From NCBI RefSeq assembly GCF_963921235.1, contig NC_086097.1:137580001-137644000 (forward strand): 64,000 nucleotides of DNA, written 5' to 3'. Every line of letters begins with the position of its first letter. Position 1 is the first letter of the stretch. The translations under genes and the position numbers were made by a program. Source of the DNA: Mobula hypostoma. Its lineage: Eukaryota. Shown piece by piece: positions 50,230 to 62,236 of the stretch. The notes under the pieces are model-generated. The model was not told where the DNA came from and ran no database searches. It was given only the letters and a program-made list of their open reading frames with translations.

Positions 50230-51300
50230 AAGAATATAATTTGATCATAACGGTAAATACTACTTGTGTTAATGGTAACGGGGAAAGTGCCATAATAAAT
50301 ATACAACAAATAATGTTAATCATCATATTCATCGGTGGTTACGGATGAAAGGATGATAATGATGAATATATAACTGTTTTCATGGCAAACATTCATTGAT
50401 TATTGGTGCAGGATTAGCAAAAAATGGAATGCACAGCGCTGTGCACAATTAATAATTAAAGAATGCATTAATGCAAATGTGCATTCAACATCAATCGATG
50501 TTAATAAATAAAGCTAACAACGGAAGGGCCTTTATAATAGGCAATGAATACAAGTGATCGCTGTTGATTAATGGAAGGGTAGAATTAACAAGCCATGACA
50601 ATACTATTATTGGTAACAAATACATAGAAAACATATGGATTAATTGGATATTCACGTTAATGGAATACAAGGCCAATTAATACAAGTAAACAGAGAACTT
50701 ATCAGAGTAATGTCTGAAATTGTTAGTTAGGAATGTACAATTTGTCTTATTTGCATGATATTAATGATAATGGAGATGAGGAAGATGCTAATGGCGAATG
50801 CAGAGTTAGTATTAATTGTAGCAAACAGTGTTACTGGTGATGCGGTTAGGACCACTGCAGATACTAAATATAAACAGCAGTGATGGACTAGAATTAATAG
50901 CTATGCATGTAAAAAAAATTACTAATAGCAAATCCAGCATCAATATTATCGGCATTGCAAATAAGACCAGTATTAATTATAAGTTGTTCATTGAAGGTAA
51001 TGAATATATGGTTAACATTAATGATAATTGACATATGACCAGCATTAGTGCCAATGGATCTGTCTAGTATTAATGATAAAAAATATAATTAAGCATGAAT
51101 AATATTGTACATTATTGGCAAGAGTTGTAAAGTTAATATTATTGTTACTATTATGAATGAAGATACCAAGTCTATCATTGATCGTCAGGTTATTAATGAC
51201 AAATATAATTTTGATTCTGATATTAGTGGTAACGTTGATAACTGTTTTAACAAGGTAGTTTTATTGATTGTGAAATAGAAACATTAATTGTAATGAATAA
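50230..51300. repeat. AT-rich low-complexity tract with recurrent RTTAAT motif
   Basis: attaatg/gttaat/attaatt recur throughout ~1.1 kb. The plus strand is C-poor. Confidence 0.6.
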
Positions 51301-51495
51301 AGAGTGTTCTATTCAATTCTAAAGATTACTTTAAATTTCAGCCAGAACCACACCTGCCTTAGCTTCTCCTTCACCCAGCCTCCAGACTTGGGTAAATCAG
51401 ATCTCTACTGTCCAGCCTTACATCCCACAAATACACCTCAGTTCATCAAAAAAACTCTATCTGGATTCTTCTACACTATCCTGCTTGCTCATCGC

Positions 51496-51907
51496 TTCGA
51501 GAATTGAGTACGGATCAAACACAAAGTAGGCAAAGATATCGAAGCTGGTTACTGCCTTTATTTCGTGAATTCATGGGGAGCCATTCCTCAGAACACGTCC
51601 GCTAACACAAGGTTACAATTCCAATTTGTACAGTAAATCTAATCACACTAGCTCAGCCGGCCTCCAGACACTGTTTCCGCAATTTATACAAAATTGGCAC
51701 CTGTACAATTGGTTCCTCATTGATCAGAGTACCAAACAAACCGTTCATCACGTTGCCTCTCAAACGACTAGTACCTATACAACCGGTTCCTCGCTGATAA
51801 CATGATCTATTGTTAGTATCAAGAACGTCTACCCATTCTGCTTTTTAATCACGCTCTCCCCACGACTCTACCAACCCCCAGTCCTCAAGCTTAATTTTTC
51901 CTCCACA
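51496..51907 (-). mobile_element. Possible solo LTR
   Basis: Minus strand starts TGTGGAGG and has AATAAA ~60 nt before its end. Flanks ATCGC (51491-51495) and ATCAC (51908-51912) differ by a CpG-type change. The terminal CA is missing. Confidence 0.4.
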
Positions 51908-51948
51908 ATCACCTACCAGCACCCATTGATTCCCAGCCGCTAATAAAT

Positions 51949-52130
51949 CCATAAGACCATAAAACATAGGAGCAGAATTAGGGCATTTGGCCCATCGAGT
52001 CTGCTCTGTCATTTAATCATGGCCAATCCTTTTTTCCCCTCACCCCACTCCCTGGCCATCTCCCTGTAACCTTTCATGCGGTGTCCAATCAAGAATCTAT
52101 GAAGCTCTGCCTTAAATACACCCAATGACC
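51949..52130 (-). mobile_element. CR1 3'-end fragment (similar fragment at 60412-60680)
   Basis: ccataagaccataaaacataggagcagaattagg reverse tail. Confidence 0.85.
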
Positions 52131-53299
52131 GAGTATATGAGATTCAGATTCAATACTTGTACCCCCCTACAGCTCGATAATCCCACCATCGCTAAACCCT
52201 ATTCTTTTGGTTACAGTTTTGTAATCCCTGCCATTTATCTCAATACCTTCAGCAGGGTAAACTTCATAATGAATTTTCACCCTGAGCCTCGTTCATTGGT
52301 GATGTGCTTCTGGATAATTTCCTTTGTCAAATGTTTGTGTCAGTGCAGCCTGCTGTTTCTGCATTTCTGCCTATTCCCAATGGTTAGTAAAAAATGTACC
52401 TCTGAGTCAGAATGCTGAAACTAGAGCAAACGTATTCCTGTTACATCATGTAGCGTAGTATATTTTGAGGGAGTGTTGTACTTTTGGACGTACCACCTTT
52501 TTGTCAGGATGTAAAACTGAGGCCTTTAGGGTAGATAATGACCCCGGGTCTAATTTTTGTTTCTCAACCAACATCAACAAATATCCTATTCACGTTGTGA
52601 TGGATTTTTAAGTGGAATTCTCTCTCAATCTTAAGAAACAAAGCAATGTGGGAAATGTGCAAGGATGTACACTTCACTCTGTCAATGTGTTCCAAATCCA
52701 AAGGTGCTGCTTCGAGGTGTTGGCGGAGCTACCTGAGAGTGCACATGAAACCAACAGCATCCTTCAGAGGCAGGCCAAGATGGTACAGGGAATCCCGAAG
52801 CCAGCTCTGGGTATTTATTGTAAAGACCCTCACTACCTTCTAAAAGGTGACTATCTGACCAGGTGCTGTCATTCACCTAGTAGATGTTGATAGTTCCACA
52901 CAAACTGGATGTCGATTGAAGTGAAAAACACCCCCATAATCCCATGAACTTTTGGAAATAACAATAAATAGCAGAATCCATTATCTCAAACCTTGACGTA
53001 TCAGCTGCCCAATATATCTCCTCTCAATAGGGAATTTGACACTTACAGGAAGCATCCAGGTAACAGTGACTGATCACTTTTCACAGGTTACTTGTATCGC
53101 TTTGAAATCAAGGAGTTCAATACAGAATAACTTCATTTCTTTAAGGACAGACATTCTTGCAAGGATTAGGAGCGTGCCGCATTTCACAAATCTAACTGAT
53201 TACTTCACTTGAAAAATAAATTGAAAGTGTTGCTCCATTGCAAGGTTCAAATTTGTCTGAGGGGGTCATGTAAATCCTTGGATGAAGCCAGGCAGATGC

Positions 53300-54240
53300 C
53301 CCTTTTCAAGAGATGTTCTCCTTTTGCAAAGAACAGGTTTTCCCTTTCTCCATTATTAATGCTGTCCTCACCTGCTTCTTCTCCATTTCCTGGACATCGA
53401 CCACATCTTCCCACTGCCTTAATAATGATGGAGTCCCTCTTGTCCTTGCCCCCTCCCCCATCCCATGAGCCTCCACATCCAGCACATCATCCTCCAACAT
53501 CTACTATCTCCAAAGGTATCTTTACTCCTAAACAGTCTTTCCGGGTGAGGCAATACTCCATCTGCGAATCTGTTAGGGTCTATTGCGTCCGGTGCTCCTG
53601 ATGCAGCCTCCTCTACGTTGGGGAGAGCTGTTGTGTATTGGGGGACCACTTCATTGAGCACGTCCGCTGCATTCGCAAAAAGTGGAACTTCCCGATGGCC
53701 AAATATTTCAATTTCCATTCCCATTCCTGTTCTGACAGGTCAGCCCATGACCTCTTCTTGTGCCATGATGAGGCCACACTCAGGGTGGAGGAGCAACACC
53801 TTGTATTCCATCTGGGCAGCCTCCAACCTGATGGCATGAACATTAATTTGTCCTTCCAGTAAAATTTTTTCCCTCCCCCTCCCCTCTTCTTCTATTCCCC
53901 ACTCTGGCCTTTTACCTCTTCTCACCTACCCATCACGTCCTCCTGGGTCCCTTTCTCCTGTGGTCCACACTCCTCTCCTATTAGATTCCTTCATCTCCAG
54001 CCCTTGACCTCCCACCCACCTGGCTTCACATATCACCTTCCAGCTAGCCTCCTTCCTCCCCCCCCCCCATCTTTTTATTCTGGCATCTTCCCTCTTCCTT
54101 CTCAGTCGTGAAGAAAGGTCTCGGCCTGAAATATAGGCTGTTTATTCATTTCCATAGATGCTACCTGACCTGCTGAGTTCCTCCAGCATTTTGAGTGTGT
54201 TGCTTTGGATCTCCAGCGTCTGCAAACTTGCTTGTGTTTA
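53300..54240 (+). mobile_element. Penelope-like element 3' part (GIY-YIG remnant + terminal repeat)
   Basis: VYCVRCS*CSLLYVG, GDHFIEHVRCIR...RVEEQHLVFHLGSLQPDGMNI. Terminus as at 15850-16183. Confidence 0.88.
54103..54140 (+). ncRNA. Hammerhead motif, core-mutated copy
   Basis: CAGUC-GUGAAGA-A-AGGU-CUCG-GCCU-GAAAU-AUA-GGCUG. The first core C is changed to G. Confidence 0.6.
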
Positions 54241-56159
54241 TGGTTGGCTGCTTCGTTGTAATGAACTGTCTGATGTCTAAGTACACTTATCCCCTTCCTG
54301 TAAATCAGATAGGCTCAGCAAGATTAAAAAAGGTAGCTCACCAGAGAGCAACAAACTACGATCCACAGAAGGAATATACTGTACTTCTTAGGCACTCCTC
54401 TTCGAACAGGAAATAAAGGGCTATCAGTCGAGCTCTACCACGCCAGTATCCAAATCATCATTATCATGGAAATACCCTCAAGACTATACCTGCAATGCTT
54501 TGTTTCCTTTGACTCTCATTCTGATGTCTGCAAAGACATCCGTAGGCTGAATCTTTGCCATATTGGAACTGGGGAGGGGGGTAATGGGGGATAGAATTAA
54601 GCGAATCAGATACACCAAATTCCCATAAGCAAGTTGGGACGTCTGGCCAGCTTCTCTCCTGCGATTCTTTGATTTTTGGCAAGAAACTTGGAGTGGGAAA
54701 CCGATGGAGCATTTTAATTTCTCTCTGTTTAATACTGGAGATAATGAGTAAAACAGTACTCAGTCAATTAGACAATTAAACGTTTTTGGCTTTCTAATTG
54801 ATATGTATGATAACAATGGCAAGAGATTGTGATAAAACTGCCTTGAAAATGTACAACCTCCAATGATTATAAACACAAACACGAGCAAATCTGCAGGTGC
54901 TGGAAATCCAAAGCAACACACACAAAATGCTGCAGGAACTACACAGTCGCAACTCTTGAGGAGTAAAGGTGTTCCTGTCAGTGAACAGGATCTGGTGACT
55001 GTCCTTCCCTGGGCGTGGTTTCAGGTACTGCTGGCCTCCCTATGAATCATGCACCATCGCTTGACGACGCTGAACACTGATCGCATCCTGCCGTCGTTAT
55101 TCATCCCATTCAGTGAACTGAAATTTCATCATTTGCATTGCTATTTTTAAACTCCTCCAATTCCTCACTCTCTTCTTGTATCTATAAACTCCTTTTCTTG
55201 CCAGATTACCACTGGTGGCAGGGCTGAGCCAAGGTCCTTGACTCAAGTCTTCTTTCCTCCTTTTTAAAAAAAAACGATCCTTAAAACCTACCTCTTGGAT
55301 TAACTTTTTGGTAACCTGTACTAATGTTATATGGCTGCATGTTTAAAATTAGTTTGAAAATGCCCTTGTAAAGCATCCTGGGATATTTTATGACATTAAA
55401 AACAGATGAAATATGAGATATTCTGGTTGAAGTCCTTTTCAGGGTATCACTGAGGGGAGCCAAACTGGAACTGATCAAATGCATAATGGGAGGGGAACTT
55501 CCTGAGAGTGTTAGATTAATTTCCATGTTGCATCAACACTGCAGAATCCACTTCAGTAAGGCTGCATTAGTAGGATTAACCAATGTTCTTCAGATCCTTT
55601 CGCTGGAAACAGTAGCAATTTACTGGAACTCTAACATACTAGGGATGATGGAATGCGTTCAGTTTAACCAACTAATGAGTGTCTCAAATATGAATGTGGA
55701 AAAGCCATAAGGTACTTATTTGTCCACACTGTTCTTCCTCTTTCAGGAACTGGTACTTATTTCATATCAAGGTCTTCTAATAACTATTTTAGAACAATAG
55801 TTGGTTGGCTGATTTTATCAAGGAAACGTGGGAATAACATTGTTGCAGACTATCTGCATTCAGCCAGATTTAAGCTCAAAAGAAACTGATTAATAAATAG
55901 CAGGCAATTCAGTCCAGTGATTTCTCATCAGTAGTTTCTATAAATAATGAGCAAGTAGGTACTTTGCTATGATGCAGAGATAATTGCCTTCAAATTGCTA
56001 GTTACCGGTTTTGCTGCTTTCTTTTAAACACAAGTTCTTTACTTTCACTCACAGGATGGGAAGTCACTGGCATTGTGGCATTTCTCGCCCCTGAACTGAT
56101 GAGACAGTTAAAAGGTAATCACATCGGTAGACCCAGAGTCAAACGCTGTGCTGGCAGTG

Positions 56160-56440
56160 TAGCAGCAGGGCAGTTAGTGCAACTGTTTATAGCACCAGCG
56201 ATCACCGGCCGGGGTTCAGTTCCTGCCACTGTCTGGAAGAGTTTGTACGTTCTCCCCATAACCACGTGGGTTTCCTCCCATATTCCAAAGACATACAGAT
56301 TGGGTAAATAAGTTGTAGACATGCTATGTTGATGCTGGAAGCATGGCAACAAAGCACAAATCTTTGTACTGTGTTGGCCATTGATTTCACTGTAATCGTT
56401 TGATGTACATCTGACAAAACTAATCCTTTTATCTTTATAA
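56160..56440 (+). mobile_element. V-SINE-type SINE with Rex1-like tail
   Basis: ggggttcagttcc B-box, gagtttgtacgttctcccc...gtgggtttcctccca core, and tail gatgtacatctgacaaa...tttatctttat. Confidence 0.75.
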
Positions 56441-56769
56441 AGGCCAGGATGTTTGACAGGTTAAGGACAGCAGATCTTCCCCGAAGGACATGAGTGAACC
56501 AGATTAATTTTTGCAACAATCTTGTACTTTCATGCCAGCTGTCATTTAGATTAGCTGCTTCAAAAAGAAAAATAAAATCCAGATTTATTTAATTACCTGA
56601 ATTTAAATTTCCCAGCATTATGTCGATATTCAATTCCATGATTGCTACAGTATGTAATCTTGGTGAATAATTTATTTTCTTTCTCAGCAGTTCTCTTCTA
56701 TAGGCAAGAGAACCAGATAGCAGTGAATACTAGACGAATCCCTGATATGACATGAACATTTTGGAGTTA

Positions 56770-57760
56770 GATGTATATTATCCATGAAGATCTGACTTAT
56801 AGAGATCAACACCAAGCTGTGAATGTGTCAAACAGGTTTCAGGAATGACTAGTCTTCATTTTAATCTGATACAAATGATCCAGCAACATTACTTACTACT
56901 GAAGCAAGTGAATTGCAGGTAATTCCTGGTAACCATGGAAAGAATTAAATGCCTTTGATTGTTCCTGTCCATCATGTGGTAGTATTTCTTACCAGATTCA
57001 TTGCATATGCTTTATTTCTTTAAACCATTTAGTGATAAGGAAATGCATTCTGGGTACTTTCCATTATTTTGAAAATGGTGCAACAATCAGTCAATCCAAT
57101 GTATAATTACCCATTGAAAAACGATCCAAAGTAACAACTCTAGCCCAGATACCAACCACGTTACTCAACACACACATGTCCTTCTCCCAACTACCAGCAA
57201 CGGCACGTGTACTGACCATACCAATGCACCTTCTTTGTTAACAGACCATCAGTTCTGTGGTTTAAAGTTCATGCAATTTAAGACAAAGGTGTAATTCTCA
57301 AGTAGAGAATCTGTGGATGATCCAGCAGGTTAGTTTGGCTAAAGTGTAATCTTTTCTGCCTTTCTGCAAGCCATGGTCTGTTTGGTTGCCTCCAATACTC
57401 CAGTTCCTTGTTTAGAGCTACTCCGTCAACAATGACTTAGACTAAAGAATCAAAACAAGGTCTGCAATCAGGTACACTGCATGAAATTAGCAAATGTCTC
57501 CTCTTGTTGTTATGTATAATGGTAATACTGTTTTTCCCATTATATTGGTGGAGGTGATTACCAGATGACCATTGTGAAGGGATGGTGAGTCGGTGCACAC
57601 TGGTTATTATAGTAAGGTGCTGCAGCTGGTGTTGTGAATCAGGCCGTCATCACGAAGCAACCGGCTACTTCATAACACCAGGGTTGCCCCAGACTACTGG
57701 CAGCTCAACTACATCGGTTCATTGAGAAGCATCTTCAGAGTTATTGTTCTACTTTTACAA
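56770..57760 (+). pseudogene. Highly decayed retrovirus-like pol fragment (RNase H + integrase N-terminal half)
   Basis: Collinear frameshifted motifs: EASELQVI (56901), VVVFLT/DS/AYA (56976-57011), ENGATI (57071), WFKVHA..KG/NSQVENL (57258-57313), DHC-GMV..CSWC..GYFITPGLP (57567-57688), WQLNYIGSL (57698-57724). Confidence 0.5.
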
Positions 57761-58859
57761 TATCTCAAGTAACCTAGCTTATGCTTTTAAATATATCCTT
57801 TCTTGATTCCCACCTGTTCACAATGTATTTCTCCCCTGACTATGAAGTACAGAATTATTCTGAATTTGACCTGATTTTAATTAATGACCTTGAACGTCTA
57901 AAAATCGGCATTTACTTCCACTGATAAGATTTCACTTGTTTTTCTTGTTCTATTTCCAAATGTGTAAGAGCTTGTGTGAAGATAATAAATTATTTTAAAG
58001 ATTCTAATGGATTCCTGCTGAAATTTAAATAACCCTCAGAGTATTTTGATGGCTTGTCCAAACCAAGTGGAGTACAATGAAGCAGGTTCTATCTCACAAC
58101 AGGTTTATACTAAGAAAAGCATTTTACTGGAGTAAAAGGCAACATTTTCTGAAAAGCTTTGGTTCTGCGGAGAAGTGTCATAAAGAGAGGATGGTGTATT
58201 CTCCCCATCGTTTCAGCCTATATTTGTATTGGAGCTAATACTTGCAAAGTGATAAATCGAGCATAATCACATTGCTGTTTATGGGAGCTTACTGTGTGAA
58301 ACATCAGACTCTGTGCATCCAGCTTTACAACAGTGACCACACACACAAGCATGCAGTCAGCTATAATGTGCTTTGGGTTGCAGCACCTTGGGTCTCTACT
58401 GCCAAGGAAAGCGGACATCTGGTTGCAAGAAGACCTTGGGTATGGAAGGCGAGTTCAAGTTAATGATCAGTTCTTTCAGGAACATGGAAGGTAGGCAGAC
58501 AAGCCAAACATTCATGATTACTTCTACAGTGTGGCAATCTCATGGACACCAAATATAAAATTGATATTCTTATCAATAAAGAGAATCACACATCTCAGTG
58601 TTGCTTCATTCTTTAACTTGCATTAAGGAAAGTAAAGAATTTTCTGCAGACACAACTTAATATTACCTGGTGTGCTTTGTGCATCTGAAATTTATCTCAG
58701 ATTTAGTGTACCCTGCACTGTCCTTGTAAAAAAAAGGAATAAACTGGTGCTTATTGCATGAAATCAAAGAAGTGATTAAGCTAGATAAGGTGGAGAAAAG
58801 ACTCTCAAGTATGTAGCCGAGTCCGGAGGGCTTGAGGTATACACAGATTGTGCATAGGC

Positions 58860-60900
58860 GGGACCTGTTCTTCCAGGAGTGGAGAAGGTTGAGAGGTGAC
58901 CTTATAGAGGTTTATAAAATCATGAGGGGCATAGATAAGGTGAGTAATCAGTCTTTTTCCTAGTACAAAGGAGTTCTAGACTTAAAACTAGGTTTAAGGT
59001 GAGAGGGAAAGATTTGAACAGTTCTTGAGAGGCAAATTTTTTTCACAAAGTTGATGGGTATTTGGGAGATGGGTAACAGCCTGCGGAAAGGCAGGGCATC
59101 AAGTTAGTAGATATAATAGATCAAGTGATGAAACCTTCTGTACAACTGATACCCATAATTCAGTGATATTTCAGAATCATCAACATTACTTTTGAGGTGC
59201 AATCAAAATAAACGTAAAATGTTCATTTTAGTAAAAATGAGCAATGGAGCTCATGAAAATTGATAGTGATATTCAAATAAAAATAAGGAAAATATAGATA
59301 TATTGGAAAACTCCTTTGCACTGATGTTTATGGTACTGGAAAATATACATATTGTATAAAGAACGAGAATGTTGCTGATGAGTTGACTATTATCTTCAAA
59401 TGTCTTTTAGTTCAGTTGATCCCTTAGAATGGAAAATGATGCATATGCTATTTCAGAAAGGCATGAGGAAACTGAGGAATTGTAGCTCAATTAGCATATT
59501 TGTAAGGAAACTTTTAACATCATTGTAATTTTGGACAGATGATTGAACACCTTAAATTTTTGCCTCAGGAAAATCAGCATTGTTTTGTAAACGTAGGTCA
59601 AGCCCGATAAACCTGATTAAATAGTTTTTGAAGAGATAACCATGTCGCAGACAGTGTTCTCCATCAACATTAGACCTATGGACTGCCAGAAGGCTTTTGA
59701 TAGAGTCCTTCTTAAGAGTCTGTTACATCAATTAAAACTGAAGGGAAAGGATTGACATATTTAGGAAACAAGCTGAGCCGCAAAGGAGTCAGTAAAATGA
59801 TTGACAGATCTAATTCTGAGGACACTATGGATGATACAAAGGTCTGTGCTGAGTATGCAGATATTGTATTTATAAACAACTGAAATGTGAGGAGAGAAAG
59901 CTACTTAACCCCCTTTCCTAGTGGTATTGGCTTGTGAAATTTATGAACTGTGATTCCAAATGTAGCGATAAACCAACCAGGTGGGAAAAACTGCAGCAAA
60001 TGTGAGGCCGTTACATGTATCTGGAAAGGGTACAATAAACCAAAATGATAAAAAGCATGCCATATTAAATGTCCAAAGAGATTGTGGGATCCATCTACAT
60101 TAAATGGTCTGTCAAGGGCATGCAAATTATATAGTCAAATTCACAAATGGAACTCATTTCTGTATAAACAGATGGCACAGAGATTATGCCACTGTTAATT
60201 CTAACCGAAAGCCTAGGTTATACAAAACCTAGAGCTTTGTGAATTGTTTTGGGCACTGCACCTTTACGAAGGAGTGCGTGTAGATTAATCAGAGTGGTGC
60301 ATGGACACCAAAAGCGACAAGATTCTACTCACATGTCCTACTTCCTGGAACATGGAAGCTTAAAGGTGGTTTGATCAGTAAGTCATCACCGAGAACAGAT
60401 AGCTTGGGTCTACATAAGAACTAGGAGCAGGAGTAGGCCATCTGGCCCGTCGAGCCTTCTCTGCTGTTCAATAAGATCATGGCTGATCAGGCCGTGGACT
60501 CACAAAAATGTATCCAATCTTGTCTTAAGTATGTTTACTGTGGTAGCCTCCACTGCTTCATTGGGCAGAGAACTCCACAGATTCACCACCCCCTGTGAGA
60601 AAAGCATTTCCTCCTCATCTCTGTCCTAAGTTTACTCCCCCCAGTCTTGAGACTATGTCCCCCAGTTCTCATCTTGTCTATCAATATAACTATTTGGATA
60701 GCCCATGAATAAGGTTAATCCTAAAGATCGGAGACTGGCCTTTTAGGAGTTAAGTTAGGAGATAATTTCGTATGCTGAGCTTGATATAAATTTGGCACTC
60801 TCTTCCACTGCACATAATTGTAATGGGTCAGCTTGAGATAAGATTCTTATCACCATGGATATGAAGGAGTATAAAATAAAAGTGGAAATCTGGAGGTACA
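58860..60900 (+). mobile_element. Very old CR1 fragments
   Basis: agaaggttgagaggtgaccttatagaggtttataaaat (RRLRGDLIEVYKI) at ~58880. atggactgccagaaggcttttgat (MD.QKAFD) at ~59680. Confidence 0.65.
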
Positions 60901-61073
60901 TCACAGCACTGAAATAATCTCACCAGACAGTGGACCGTTCCGGGAAATTAAACCAACTTCTGTTCCAATATTTGTTGATGCATTGTAAAGTGGGAAGCAT
61001 TATTTATCAACAGCCTAAAGAGTGCCACTACCTTTGTTTTATATTCCACACCCTGAATACAAATTTCACATTA

Positions 61074-61883
61074 CATGTTAAGTACCCCTTATCTGAGAAG
61101 CTTGGGGCCGGAAGTGTTTTGGAATTTGGCTTTATTTCAGATTTTGGAATTTACAATGAGATAGCTTAGGATCACTATCAATTCCGACTCTAAATTTATG
61201 TGCTACCGGTAAACAGTGTATCTTAAACTTGTCATCACACATATGTACTTAACAGTAAAAAATTATTACATTCCATTAATATAATGAAAATATTCAGTGT
61301 GCAAGGTAAAAAAGCAGCACAGTGGCATTGGGAGAGATTACTGTTGAACAATGGCAGGCTTCAGTCTCCACTGACAGTGCGGTGTTTTGATTAAAGGGTT
61401 ACAGTACATGGTATTTTACATTTTTTTAGGTTTTATGTAAGGTGTAAAAACAATCAGCGATATAGATTTGTTCTGGTGCTAGATTTTCGAGATCAGCAGA
61501 TGCTTTAAAAATTTAATGTCGTGCATTTCCTTAAATTTCTGCAACCAGCCTGCCGAATATTCGCAATTACCTTCAGTTTTCAGTTCATTATGACAGATCT
61601 TTGTTTGTTTCATGATCAGCACACCGTTAAGCGGCATATGTTCACTTCAACGTTGACAATACATGATTGAGATCCTTATTTTTGGCTTTATGCAGTGTTT
61701 TGCTATTTTTCATTCTTTTCTGATCATTGCGTATGTGAGGTCACTTCATCCAACTATCTGTGATGTGCAGAGATCTTCCCAGCAGCTTCTGGAATTTTTC
61801 ATATGTTAACACTCAAAAAAAAGTTCAGATTTCGAAGGTTTTCGGATTTTGGAATTTCAGATGAGGGGTATCCGCTCAATCTT
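61074..61883. mobile_element. Tigger-like (Tigger4/MER46-type ends) non-autonomous DNA transposon
   Basis: TA|catgttaagtaccccttatctga...ggaagtgttttgga at the left. ttcggattttggaatttcagatgaggggta...ctcaa at the right. Confidence 0.7.
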
Positions 61884-61994
61884 TGCTATATTTTTATTAA
61901 CAGTACATTGCATTCTTCCATTATTATTTCAAATATTAAGGGAACAAATACTAAAAAAGTACAAATACTACTGGTCCTAAATTAACACCTGCCT

Positions 61995-62236
61995 TCAGCT
62001 CTCCTTCCCACCACCCCCCAACTGTTCTTCCACTCCACACTTTCTGCTTCCTTCCATACCTTCTTCCCAAACTCCCCCAACCATGTGCCCTGCTCCCCTT
62101 GAACTCTCCTTCTCACCCTATCTCCTGCTCCCCTTGAAACCTCCTTCCCACCCCCCACCTCATGCCACCGTCAAATTCTCCTTCCTGCCCCCCACCTCCT
62201 TCTTCCCTCAAACTCTCCTTCCCACCCAACCCCTAC
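61995..62236. repeat. C/T-rich degenerate minisatellite (~32-37 bp unit)
   Basis: Repeated ctgctccccttgaa..ctccttcccacccc variants. Confidence 0.75.

Noticed and set aside
50491..51031. Hydrophobic or Asn/Ile-rich ORFs suggesting a mitochondrial insertion or membrane protein
   Set aside because: Composition is explained by the AT-rich low-complexity tract; no mitochondrial gene motifs recognised.
58384..58490. Possible coding exon (AG...GT, open in two frames, HLGSLLPRKADIW...)
   Set aside because: Weak polypyrimidine tract, no recognisable homology and no compatible neighbouring exons identified.
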